From Histomonas meleagridis 2922-C6/04-290x (lineage: Eukaryota; Protista; Parabasalia), in NCBI GenBank assembly GCA_020184695.1, contig JAANOX010000052.1:62001-126000 (forward strand): 64,000 bases of DNA. Direction: 5' to 3'. A model generated the notes under the pieces. It had not been told where the DNA came from. It saw only the letters and a list, made by a program, of their open reading frames with translations, and ran no database searches. This document shows positions 46,407 through 56,942 of this stretch, in pieces. The stretch's first letter is position 1, and each line of letters begins with the position of its first letter. The position numbers were made by a program, and so were the translations under genes.

Positions 46407-48125
46407 TTATTTCTTGATAGCATATGGATCCTTCTTTGCCTTTTTATGTCTGGGGTGCTTTGACGACGGCGTGTGAGCATGTGTTGGTATTGATGGATTT
46501 GATTCTGATGAGAATGGATCAACAGGATTTCCTTGACTTGAAAATGAAGCACTTTGTGCAAACAAGTTATCACTGCCATTTCTTGTTAGCTGTGAGCCAA
46601 ATGGTGAAACCGGTTTGTTTGGAACAAATGCCGAATTTGACATAAACCTGGTGTGTTGCGTCTTAAATGGATCTTTAGCCTTACGTGTTATTGAAGGGGA
46701 AAATTCGTCGTCAAAGTTACTTTTCTTCTTCGAAGGAATTGAAAATGGATCATCAGATTCAAATTGGTTGCTACTACTCTTTGGAGTGAATGGATCATCT
46801 CCTTGAGCGTTACTGCTTTCATTACTCATTTCGTCTGTAATTAATCCTTCACCAAGTTCTAATGATAAAAGTTCTTCAACTTTAATCGGTTCTTTGTCTG
46901 TCTTATGCATAAGGGCAACTTCTTCAATTCTATTAATAAGTTCTCTTTGGACATATTCCTTTAGATCGGCAGCTGTCTTCATCTTTTCATTATCAAGACA
47001 ATCTTCAAACATCTTTTTGGAGACTTTCATTGACTGTGTAATAGACCGAAGTATTTGCGCTCTTTTGTCCCTTCCTGGAAGAGAGATATCAATGATGCTT
47101 CCAAATCGCTTAACGGTCTTTAACCGCTTTGGCAGCGATGATGCGTCAGACGATGTACCGATGACAGCGACGTTTCCACGCTTGCCGACTTGTTCAAGGG
47201 AGGAAACTAATGCTGAATGTAGATTGCTCTCACAGTCAGAATTAGATCCGGGTTCATCAAGAATAATTAGATCAATATCATCAATAAAAATAATGGAAGG
47301 TGCACGTGAAACTGCACGTGCCATAAGACGACGAAGAATAAGACTTGCTTCATCGGGAGTTTTGGTTAATAAATCAATTCCATTAATTCTTTCGAAATAT
47401 AATGGTGTCTCATTTTGAATGGCTTTCCCTATCATAGTCTTCCCACAACCAGAGGGACCTGAAATAAGTATTCCTTTCGATGGGCTAATACCAAAAGATT
47501 TGAAAAATTGTGGTTGCTGTAATGGTAATTCAATTAAAAACCTTAATTCTTTAATTTGGACATCAAGACCTCCGATAGAATCATAAGATATCTTATCGAA
47601 TTCGTCCATATCTTCATTACGCTTTACTGAATTTGTGGAAACATTTATTTGTTTGGAATTGTATAATTGAACTGATGTACTAGGTTCTGTTTGTGTGACT
47701 ACAAATTCGATCGTCCTATTAAGTGCATAAATTGGAATAATAAAGTTAGGGAAAACAGGAAAATCTTGGAAATCAATGCCACAAGAGTCAATAACAGAAG
47801 ATAAGTCACCAGAAATTCCTGTAATAGTTTCTGCAATTGGAGCAATTTCAACAGTTGATGCTGGAGTACATTTTTCAAACTTTTCAACAATAACAATTTG
47901 CCCGAGATAAGCTTTTAAATTGTATCTAAGAACACGATTCATCTGCACGCAAGAAACGTTACAAGATGTTTTATTTGAATAAGCAAGTGAAATTATTGAT
48001 TTCTTAGATCGCGATTTAATAATAACAACTGATCCATCATTTATTCCAAGTGCAGTCATCTTTGAAGGGTGAAAATACACATGAAAATCTTTGAGATTGG
48101 GGTTTTGATCGATGATGAACTGCAT
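46407..48125 (-). CDS. CDC48/p97-like protein with N domain and a single AAA module, low-complexity tail
   Basis: VQMNRVLRYNL, ISYDSIGGL..ELRFLIELPL, KGILISGPSGCGKT, APSIIFIDDID; no D2 ring. Confidence 0.85.
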   Translation of the reverse strand: MQFIIDQNPNLKDFHVYFHPSKMTALGINDGSVVIIKSRSKKSIISLAYSNKTSCNVSCVQMNRVLRYNLKAYLGQIVIVEKFEKCTPASTVEIAPIAETITGISGDLSSVIDSCGIDFQDFPVFPNFIIPIYALNRTIEFVVTQTEPSTSVQLYNSKQINVSTNSVKRNEDMDEFDKISYDSIGGLDVQIKELRFLIELPLQQPQFFKSFGISPSKGILISGPSGCGKTMIGKAIQNETPLYFERINGIDLLTKTPDEASLILRRLMARAVSRAPSIIFIDDIDLIILDEPGSNSDCESNLHSALVSSLEQVGKRGNVAVIGTSSDASSLPKRLKTVKRFGSIIDISLPGRDKRAQILRSITQSMKVSKKMFEDCLDNEKMKTAADLKEYVQRELINRIEEVALMHKTDKEPIKVEELLSLELGEGLITDEMSNESSNAQGDDPFTPKSSSNQFESDDPFSIPSKKKSNFDDEFSPSITRKAKDPFKTQHTRFMSNSAFVPNKPVSPFGSQLTRNGSDNLFAQSASFSSQGNPVDPFSSESNPSIPTHAHTPSSKHPRHKKAKKDPYAIKK

Positions 48126-48345
48126 AGAATTTCAAGTGCCTGATTTATAAAACTGTTAGATTTTTATCAAAAAGAGGAAAAGTGGCCATGAAAAAAACGA
48201 TGAAATTTAATTCAAAACTTGATATAAAAGTGACATATCTAACCTCGTTTTTGAAATTATAAACGAATCGATTTTTCTTTAAGAAGACAAGTAATAAAAC
48301 AGAAATATACCAAAAGACAAAAAAAGAAATCAAAAAAAATTAAGT

Positions 48346-49260
48346 TTAAAGTAATCGTGGAAAAACATATTCTTTGAAATGTTGACGACTCATCCGACGA
48401 GTCATGTCGAGGAACTGTTGTGGAGTGATTTTTTGTTCCTTAAGAGCAGTGTGGAGGTATTGGATTGTTTCTAGAGAAGCCTTTTCTTTTGATGTTGATA
48501 ATGCTTCTTCTTGAATATCAGGAGGAATTGGAAATTCGCCTGATCCGGAGAGTGTAGTCCTAAGAGCGTTGTTTTTCTTGTTTACTTCGTTAAGTTTTGT
48601 TGAGAGAATATCATCAAGATTATTGTATAAAGCAACCTCAAGTTCGGACGAATATAAATCGTTTTGGGCTTTGTTGGCTTCTTTGATAATATTATCTGCT
48701 TCAGTTTGTAACAAGCTGTAACATTGATTCATATTATATGGCATATTCATATTCATTTGTGAGCCAGATGATGGTGGAGTATGTTGATAGTATTGTTGTT
48801 GCTGCTGTTGTATTTGCTTTTGCTGTCGATACATTTGAAGAAGATATTGTGCACCTTGTGGTGTTACTGGTGGATATGAAGATAAATAACGTGAAATTGC
48901 ATCAAGAAAATGTGGCATTAATGTTTGCTTAGGGATGTACTGAATAAAGCCTACTTGAAATTGCCCATTTGGAAGTAAATTTGGAACATTGCCAAGATGA
49001 AAACCTTGAGGAATAGGAATTTGGACAATTGGTGGACAGTTTGGGAATTGATCTGGAAGGATTACATAAAGGGGAATTTCAATATCGGTTCCTTGATAAA
49101 CTATTGGTATTGTACCTGACATTTGAAGATAAGGATATTGAGCAGTCATAACTCTCTCTAGTTTCATGCCAGGAAAGAACTCGGTTGCGCTTGTCATATC
49201 TTTTTGAATAGCAACTCTAAACCTTGGATCGTACCTTGTTCCTGCAAAAATATCTTGCAT
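48346..49260 (-). CDS. VPS23: ESCRT-I Vps23/TSG101
   Basis: UEV domain (LQMSGTIPIVY..IPLYVILPDQFPNCPP), Gln-rich linker, steadiness box (ITPQQFLDMTRRMSRQHF). Confidence 0.88.
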   Translation of the reverse strand: MQDIFAGTRYDPRFRVAIQKDMTSATEFFPGMKLERVMTAQYPYLQMSGTIPIVYQGTDIEIPLYVILPDQFPNCPPIVQIPIPQGFHLGNVPNLLPNGQFQVGFIQYIPKQTLMPHFLDAISRYLSSYPPVTPQGAQYLLQMYRQQKQIQQQQQQYYQHTPPSSGSQMNMNMPYNMNQCYSLLQTEADNIIKEANKAQNDLYSSELEVALYNNLDDILSTKLNEVNKKNNALRTTLSGSGEFPIPPDIQEEALSTSKEKASLETIQYLHTALKEQKITPQQFLDMTRRMSRQHFKEYVFPRLL

Positions 49261-49331
49261 TTTTGTATTGTCAATTTTTGGTAAATCCTGACGGTTATTT
49301 GTAAACTACAGAATTATGTAGCTCAAATTAA

Positions 49332-50492
49332 ATGGAAGAAATTGGGGAATTAACGATATATGAACAAATGTTACAAGGTGTAAATTGCAAAGGAATTGCA
49401 TTTATGGAGGAGCTTGTTACAGAAGAATATATTAAAAATAAAATTCCAAACATTTCTAAATCTTATCCTTTCTTAAATTGGACTATTAAAGGTACAAAAA
49501 TATACTCAGGACAACCACCAAAAATAACGTGCGCTGAGTTAGATGAATGTGAAGAAACTGAATTTGTTACCAAATGCTTATCAACATTCTTTACTCAAGA
49601 AATGAATGAAATCTACATCATTAAAATGAAAGGCACAGCTAAAGGTGCAGTTCTAGCAGTTTCTTGTCATTGTTTCGGCGATGCTCCATTACTTGGTCAT
49701 TTAGTATCCGATCTTGTTTCCACTAAAACCGACTTTCCAGAAGTACCTAAACTTGTTATTGAAGATCTTCTCAAAGGAATTCCCGATAAACATCAAACTC
49801 TCACATTATCAGATCCTTTCATTATTCCAAGAAACAAGGAACCTAAACCAGGTCCTCTTTTCTACCGCGGTATTGCTCGCTCATTTGATGCATCTCGTCT
49901 AGTTTCAACGTGTAAATCAATTGGCATCCGACCTCAAGCATTTATGTCAGCTTGCGATATCTATACCATTTCTAAGTGTTTTAACTTGTCACCGAACTTT
50001 AACATCCTAAATCAAGTATCAATTAACACACGTCGTATGTTTGGAATTTCATCAATTTCGCCCATGGTTAAAAGTTCGCTTGTATATCTTGAATCGCACA
50101 TTACTAACGAAACCAATATGAAAGATTTGATGCAGTCATTGCAAAAACAAATTGATTTGTTAGTTCCAAATTATCAACTTCCACATTTCAAATTACTTAC
50201 ATATAATAAATTTGACATTAAAAGACCAGCAGCAATGATATCAAATACTGGAATCATTGAATCCGAAAATGCCGATATATGGGTACAAGGTGGTCAATAT
50301 ACATTCAGAGAAGAAGAAAGATTACTACAAAGTTTTACTTCTCATGCTTGTACTTCAAGAGGGAAATGTAATATTGTTTTCACTTTTATACATCCAGGTT
50401 GTGACAATGAATTCGTCAATAAGTATGTTGAAATGATGATGAATTTGTTTGAAAACCCTGAAAAAACGATAGAGCTGTCAATTTTCGAATAA
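49332..50492 (+). CDS. CoA-dependent acyltransferase / condensation-fold protein
   Basis: HxxxD-like motif SCHCFGDA, ISNTG motif near the C-terminus. Confidence 0.65.
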   Translation: MEEIGELTIYEQMLQGVNCKGIAFMEELVTEEYIKNKIPNISKSYPFLNWTIKGTKIYSGQPPKITCAELDECEETEFVTKCLSTFFTQEMNEIYIIKMKGTAKGAVLAVSCHCFGDAPLLGHLVSDLVSTKTDFPEVPKLVIEDLLKGIPDKHQTLTLSDPFIIPRNKEPKPGPLFYRGIARSFDASRLVSTCKSIGIRPQAFMSACDIYTISKCFNLSPNFNILNQVSINTRRMFGISSISPMVKSSLVYLESHITNETNMKDLMQSLQKQIDLLVPNYQLPHFKLLTYNKFDIKRPAAMISNTGIIESENADIWVQGGQYTFREEERLLQSFTSHACTSRGKCNIVFTFIHPGCDNEFVNKYVEMMMNLFENPEKTIELSIFE

Positions 50493-51052
50493 ACTCATTT
50501 GATTACTTTTGAAAGAAATTCAATTGTTTATTCTTATCGGATTGAGTAAACACATTAAAAAGTCAAAATCATTGAATGATAATATTTTCTTTTATTCATT
50601 TGGGCTCGGAATGTTGTATTAATAATGGTCTAATGCTTTGGAGTGAGTCCTAACAAGAACTTCCAGCAAAATACAAATTTTGGAAGCGTATTGTGACAAA
50701 AAAATTGGCATTTTGATAAAATATTTTTCCAACTGAAAATAAAGTGTTTTTACCATGTACTCCTCTTCCTTGTTTTAAGGCTATATCAATGTGTTTCAGT
50801 CTGTGTAATGCATATACATCACGCCTCTAGTTAATACGATTTTTGAATTGATATTTGGTCATATGGATTTTTGGGAACAGTCAAGAAATTTACATTCCGA
50901 AATTTCAATTCAATGTGTTTTTTCAGTATAAAACGATGTATAATTATTGAATTCTCTATCGTTATCTTCAATGAAGGGTGCCCCGAAATTTCCCCTCAAA
51001 AAATTTCTTTGTATTGAAAATTCCGGCACTTTTATATATAGCCACATTGGAA

Positions 51053-51745
51053 ATGTTTGTTCTCCTTCTTTCTTTCATTCATTGTGAGGAAGAACAAGAT
51101 GGCGTTTATTCTCATCATGGTTCTTTTCTTCCGTTGGCTAAAACAGAATCTATTTATGGAAGAGCAATCTTACCAGATTATCCTAATAATCGCATCCCTA
51201 TTAAAAGATTTTTCCGTGTGTTAGACTCATACATTGTTGGAAGTGGTGAAGGATTTGGTCTTCAAAATGTTTTTGGACACGTTACATCTCTTACTGATCC
51301 AAATGATTTTGTCTGGAACTTTACCTCATATGGACTCGGTGGTCGTGTTTCTAACGAAGATCAAACTACATTCCTTCATTTATGCGAACTTGATCAAGAA
51401 ATGGAATCAGGTAAATTTAATCTTGATATCTACGCAATGGTCACTTCTGAAAATGGCTTGAACTATTCTGTCCTTCTTTTCAATGAAACAGCAGAATTCT
51501 ATGAAGTTACCAACATCAAAGAAACAATTGGTTCTGTTGTACTTTATCTCTTCTTTGTTTTCGTTGTTGGTGGAATCCTCTACTTTATCTTTTCTAAAGA
51601 TAAGGATAAACCTGTCAAGTCTTCATCTCGCAAACAAAAAGTCATTGCTGATTATTCTGAGATCCATAAATCAAGTAGATCTTCATCACCAGCAGAGCGC
51701 AAGGCATCTCCATCAAAGCGCAAAGCATCACCAGCTGGTAAGTAA
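51053..51745 (+). CDS. TRAP-alpha (SSR1)-like type I membrane protein
   Basis: Signal MFVLLLSFIHC, lumenal beta domain, LFNETAEFYE, TM VVLYLFFVFVVGGILYFIF, basic tail. Confidence 0.68.
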   Translation: MFVLLLSFIHCEEEQDGVYSHHGSFLPLAKTESIYGRAILPDYPNNRIPIKRFFRVLDSYIVGSGEGFGLQNVFGHVTSLTDPNDFVWNFTSYGLGGRVSNEDQTTFLHLCELDQEMESGKFNLDIYAMVTSENGLNYSVLLFNETAEFYEVTNIKETIGSVVLYLFFVFVVGGILYFIFSKDKDKPVKSSSRKQKVIADYSEIHKSSRSSSPAERKASPSKRKASPAGK

Positions 51746-51859
51746 AACACAACACAGACACACATTTGTTTTTTTAATTCTTTAAACGGGTATAGCGGGG
51801 CGCCCTAAACCGATGCACCCCATGTGAAATGAAGCTGGCTCTGAAACCTTAAAAAATAA

Positions 51860-53641
51860 ATGAAATTCCTTTTTTGTGCTTTTCTAATAGTATGTTCATA
51901 CTGTAGGAAAAGCAAAAAGGGAACAAGGCCTAAGGTTGCTCCACAAAAGGCAAATTCAAGCAAATTACTTGAAGATTCAAAAACATTTTTCAGCCCATCC
52001 TCTGAAACAGGCAAACAAAACAGTATAAATTCACCTTATAATCCTTTTAGGTGGGGAAACCCATCTTCTTCTTCTGAACAAATTCCATCTCAATCAGTCA
52101 ATCCGTCAGAACAAACAAGGCAAATTGATGTCCCTCATACGGAAAGCAAAGCTGCAGAACCAGTGAACACAAACGCAGGAATTGTTCATGATACTGACAA
52201 ATTTATGAAACAAAATTTTAAAAACAAAGATGAAACCATGGCAACAGAAGTAGAAAAACATGAGCCATCAAGTCAAGCGACTCCTTTCACCATTTCATTT
52301 GAAGAAAAGAAAGAATCAGAAAGCAAATCCGAACAAATTTACACGCAAATAGTTCAAACACAAATTCAAGGAACAAGTGAAAACGAAAACAAAGAGAAAG
52401 AGCAAAAAACAGAGGAACCAACAGAAATAGAAAAAGAAGAAAAAAATGAAAATGATTCAAAGCGTAAAGAAGTTGATGAAAATCAGAAAAAGGAAACAGA
52501 AAAAGAAGAAAATGTAAAGAAGCAAAGAAGAAAATACTCGGAAGCAGAAGAAGAAAAGCCAAAAAAGAAACAAACCAAAAGGACAGAAGAAAATGAAGAA
52601 GATGAAGAAGTAAAGAAACCAAAACTAAAAAAATCAAAAAGAACAGAAATAGAAGAAAATGAAGACGAAGAAGAAGAAGAGAAACCGAAACGGAAAAAGG
52701 CCAAAAGAACATCATACGATGAAGAAGAAGAAATTCCTAAAAAGAAAAGTAACAAAAAACGAAAATACGAAGAAGATGACGAAGAAGAAGAAGAGAAACC
52801 AAAGAAAAGGAAAACAAAGAAATACGTTGAAGATGACGGAGACGAAGAAGAAATTCCTAAAAAGAAGTCAAAGAAAAACATAGACGAAGAAGATGAAGAC
52901 GACGACGAAGAGGAAAAACCAAAGAAAAAGAAGAAACAAAAAGTCGAATATGAAGATACAGATGAAGAAGAAGAAGAAGAAGAAACGCCTAAAAAGAAGT
53001 CAAAGCGATATAAAGACGAAGAAGATGAAGAAGAAGAAGAAATACCGAAAAAGAAATCAAAGAAATATTTTAACGAAGAAGATGAAGAAGTTCCGAAAAA
53101 GAAGTCAAAGAAGTCTAAAGATGCAGAAGAAGATGAAGAAGATACTGAAGAAGAAATACCGAAAAAGAAATCGAAGAAATCTAAAGACGAAGAATTCGAT
53201 GAAACTTCGGATGAGAAAGATAAAACATTTGGTGATTCATCAAACGAATTATTTCAGCAAAAGACAAATTACAACGCAAACAATGAAACATCATTTAATG
53301 GTAAGCAAAATAATGTTTTGTTCATATCTCAAACGACGCCAAATGAAACTGTTCCAACGTATGCACTTAGCGTTCCATCACAAACGCATGTTCTTGTTCC
53401 GAAAAATGATTTTTTTGCTAAATTTAATGCGCAAACTACAACAAATGAACAGTCGACATCGAGCTCATTAAGTAAAAACGGACTGACAATCGCAGACATT
53501 ACATTTATATCGATGATATTTGTCATAGGAATTGCTTTGCTGGCAGGATTTGCTTTCTACTATTATAAGAAGATGAAAGAAAACGCAGAAAAACAAGCAG
53601 ATGATGACGAGTATCTTTTGAACGATGAACAATTCTATTAA
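51860..53641 (+). CDS. Type I membrane protein with long alternating acidic/basic repeat region
   Basis: Signal peptide, more than 12 EEEE-x-PKKK units, Ser/Thr stalk, TM FISMIFVIGIALLAGFAFYYY, short tail EYLLNDEQFY. Confidence 0.85.
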   Translation: MKFLFCAFLIVCSYCRKSKKGTRPKVAPQKANSSKLLEDSKTFFSPSSETGKQNSINSPYNPFRWGNPSSSSEQIPSQSVNPSEQTRQIDVPHTESKAAEPVNTNAGIVHDTDKFMKQNFKNKDETMATEVEKHEPSSQATPFTISFEEKKESESKSEQIYTQIVQTQIQGTSENENKEKEQKTEEPTEIEKEEKNENDSKRKEVDENQKKETEKEENVKKQRRKYSEAEEEKPKKKQTKRTEENEEDEEVKKPKLKKSKRTEIEENEDEEEEEKPKRKKAKRTSYDEEEEIPKKKSNKKRKYEEDDEEEEEKPKKRKTKKYVEDDGDEEEIPKKKSKKNIDEEDEDDDEEEKPKKKKKQKVEYEDTDEEEEEEETPKKKSKRYKDEEDEEEEEIPKKKSKKYFNEEDEEVPKKKSKKSKDAEEDEEDTEEEIPKKKSKKSKDEEFDETSDEKDKTFGDSSNELFQQKTNYNANNETSFNGKQNNVLFISQTTPNETVPTYALSVPSQTHVLVPKNDFFAKFNAQTTTNEQSTSSSLSKNGLTIADITFISMIFVIGIALLAGFAFYYYKKMKENAEKQADDDEYLLNDEQFY

Positions 53642-54255
53642 AATCTGTTTTTAAATTTTCGTATATTGTATCTATTGAGATTTGATACTTTTTTATTTAT
53701 GTTTAAAAAAATGAGTCAATAGTTAACAGATGAATGCAATTTATTCGGTGAGATATAACATAATGTGAAACTGATAAATATTGTTATTAGAATATGGATT
53801 ATGATTTTTTGAATAGCTGTTTGAATTTCATTTATGATAATTATTATTGTTTATTAGATTATAGATTCATTATCAAAAATCATTCAAAATCATGTATAGT
53901 AAGCTAACGTAAGTCAAAAATCAATTATTATATCAGAAAAATCAAATACAGAAGAATTTAAACTTTATTAGATTCACTCGAAGAAATTATTTTTGAATTA
54001 ACGAAAGAGAACATTGAGATTTAATCACAAACTGTGTTAATGTTAAATTTAAAAGCACCTACTTACGATTTTGTCTTGTAAAAACATAAGAAAAGTATTA
54101 TAATTTCTTAAGGCATTTCAAATGAATTATCTCATTATTAATAAATATTTATGAATACAATAATTTAGCTGATTACAAAACCCATAAAAATATTTTTCTT
54201 TCTTTTTTATTTGGAACATTTTACATGCAGTCACATTCACTGCATATTTCGCAAG

Positions 54256-55128
54256 TTAGTTAATCCTTAAAAAGATCTGTGCTCTTTTCACAATTTTGCA
54301 TTGCGAAAGAGTTTTAGAGAAATCTTTCTGTGTGTAAATATTCTTAGGAAACGCCGTCTCAAAAGACACATTACGGCCTTTGAGGCCAGGATTCATTGAA
54401 ACAACAAAGTTAAAAACGTCAGAAAGTGTTTGTGATTGATCAAATTCATTGATGCATGAATCGCCGTTGGGCAAAATAACTTTAAGGACGCAGCCCTGTG
54501 TTGTATGCTGTGAGTCTACATTGGCAGGAGTAGATGAGTCGGATGTATTTGATTCTGATGATGGCGCTGGTTTAGGAACTTTCAACTGTGGATTCGCAAG
54601 GTTTTGGACACGCTCAAGATAAAGAATGCATTCATCGATTGTTCCATTGTTTGTAAATTTCAGCGCATCCTGTGTTAAGCTTTGCGAGAAGCCCATTTCT
54701 AAGAGCATATCTCTGACGTAGTTGTCAACAATAGGCATTGTGGGTTTAGATGATGAATTTGATTGTGATGTTGAATTAATTGAGTGGGATTGACCTGCAA
54801 ATGGATCGCCTGATGTTTTATATTTCTCAATTGTGCTTAAAATTTGTGGTTTGTTTGGGCCTAAGATACGATTTACTTCTTTCCCGTTTACGATAAAAAC
54901 GAATGTTGGAGTTGCGGTAATTTGGTATTCGCGAGAATCACTAGGACAGTTATCACACTCAATTGAGCAAAACACAACTGTTGGATATTTTCTTGGTAAT
55001 GTATTCCACCATGGCTTAATTGCTCTACAAGGTGGGCATCCAGGATTTCCGAAATCGACTGCAACTAGCTTCTTTTGGTTGGCTTTTACAACATTTTTTA
55101 GTTGTCCATCATGTAATTCTTGTGCCAT
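54256..55128 (-). CDS. Thioredoxin + UBA + UBX domain protein
   Basis: GCPPC active site, MLLEMGFSQ (UBA), LKVILPNG..FETAFPK (UBX). Confidence 0.9.
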   Translation of the reverse strand: MAQELHDGQLKNVVKANQKKLVAVDFGNPGCPPCRAIKPWWNTLPRKYPTVVFCSIECDNCPSDSREYQITATPTFVFIVNGKEVNRILGPNKPQILSTIEKYKTSGDPFAGQSHSINSTSQSNSSSKPTMPIVDNYVRDMLLEMGFSQSLTQDALKFTNNGTIDECILYLERVQNLANPQLKVPKPAPSSESNTSDSSTPANVDSQHTTQGCVLKVILPNGDSCINEFDQSQTLSDVFNFVVSMNPGLKGRNVSFETAFPKNIYTQKDFSKTLSQCKIVKRAQIFLRIN

Positions 55129-56366
55129 TTTAACTCCAAAATGATACGACCAAATATAACGTCACTTTTCAAAATAAACTTTTTACACAAACTCTTTATA
55201 TAGATGAAGGTGATCCATTTGCAAAATGTTGTCTCTAGAATTTTCATTCTAGATCAAGAAGATTGACTTTCCTTTATAAATTTTTGATTTGTTACATATA
55301 TATAATTTTATCAAAATATTAAAAAGAATTAAATCCTCATCTGAATTTTTTTCTAATTTGCATTTGCCATTAATATGAAAGATATCGTTGAGAGTTAACA
55401 TGTCTAAAACAGAGTTAAAAATATAATAATAATCTACATTTTATTGTAAAACAAACTATCCGAACAATCCCAGTGAAAAACATCGGTATTTCTGAGCAAT
55501 CGATAAAACGATACAGTAACAAATTTTTCTTTCAAAGTGAAGAAAATGCATTTTTGGATCGAAAAACATTGGAAACAAAAAATCCAAATGCATGAGTCAT
55601 CAAAAGACTTACGGTCTTTTACACATATTTTAATTTTCAACTGATGAAAATGTTCAAAATAAATTCACTTCAAAATTCATGCATGCGCGCATCACTTTTT
55701 AGTTATAAAATTTTTCTAAAATCTATGAACAATAGTAGGTAAGTCCGCGAAGTTATGAAATTAACATACTAATATAAATCTTTCCGACATTTAATCAAAT
55801 TCTGGAAATTTATTCATGCAACTGCAATAAAATCGTTTTTTGTCGTGTAAACCAAATGTTTTAATTTATTGAAGTCCTTCATTGGCATCAATATTTTTAT
55901 TCATTTTGTCAAGAGTATATTACGCTGCTATTTCATTTACAATTTTTCAAAGCTTTTCTTTAATTCCTTTTTCCTCTTTTATCATAAAAGATAAATGATA
56001 AAAAATTATTGCATTCAAGTAACTAATTATAGAATCTATTTATCACTTCGTATCTTTATTCTTATGTTTATTTTCCTGCTTATTCTTCATACTCATCTCT
56101 GTAATTATTAAATTTTTATAGAAAATATTTGTAAAGTGTTTTGTGCACAATGACTAAATTCACTTTTTGCTTGAGCGTTTTCGGTTCTTTTTCTATCGTA
56201 CATGTTGAGTAAAATCAACCTCCAAAATTGAGAGGACGAACTTGATTTGGAACGGCTATGCCAAGTTAAATTTGAATTAAACCGTTTTTAAAAATTTCCC
56301 AGAATCAATTTTCATTTTGTACTTTTTGAAAGACTGGTTCCAGAATTGCTTTCCCCAGAAAGCCTT

Positions 56367-56942
56367 ATGGACGATGAATTGAAGGTAAATATCCAATGGC
56401 TACCTGGTGCAATTCTCCCCGTTGTTACACATGAATCATCTACAGCAGCAGAGCTTTCGAATTTACTACAGTTTTCGTGTTTTGAACATGAAAGAGTATT
56501 TCTATTTCATAATGGATATGTTCTAAATCCTTCCGAAACTTTAAAGAGTCAAGGGATTAAAAAAGGAGATGTGTTGGAGTGCAAAATCGTAAGTAGAATT
56601 GATCGTCTATATGACTTATTTTCAAAAGAAAATCAATCTATTGCAAGAGAAATGGCCCGCGTTTTAGATATAAGAACAGATAAGATTGAGTCGAGAAAAG
56701 AGATGGAAAAACCTAGCTCAAACTCGTCAGGATCTGATTCTGATTCATATCAATATTTATTTATGGAGGGTAGTGACCTTACAACTTCAAATAATATATC
56801 ATCGGAACCTCTTCCAATAATTTGGCAAAATGATGATTATGATGATATTCAATATACGATGGATTCAACTATCAGAAGAAATCAAGAACAAGAGAACTCT
56901 GAGACTCGAAATGAATGGAAGAAAGCTTTGCCAGATGAATAA
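56367..56942 (+). CDS. Ubiquitin-like domain protein
   Basis: VFLFHNGYVLNPSETLKSQGIKKGDVLEC. Start at ATG 56367 is inferred. Confidence 0.75.
   Translation: MDDELKVNIQWLPGAILPVVTHESSTAAELSNLLQFSCFEHERVFLFHNGYVLNPSETLKSQGIKKGDVLECKIVSRIDRLYDLFSKENQSIAREMARVLDIRTDKIESRKEMEKPSSNSSGSDSDSYQYLFMEGSDLTTSNNISSEPLPIIWQNDDYDDIQYTMDSTIRRNQEQENSETRNEWKKALPDE

Noticed and set aside
51788-51850. tRNA gene
   Set aside because: No GTTCRA B-box and no cloverleaf; kept only as a possible stem-loop.
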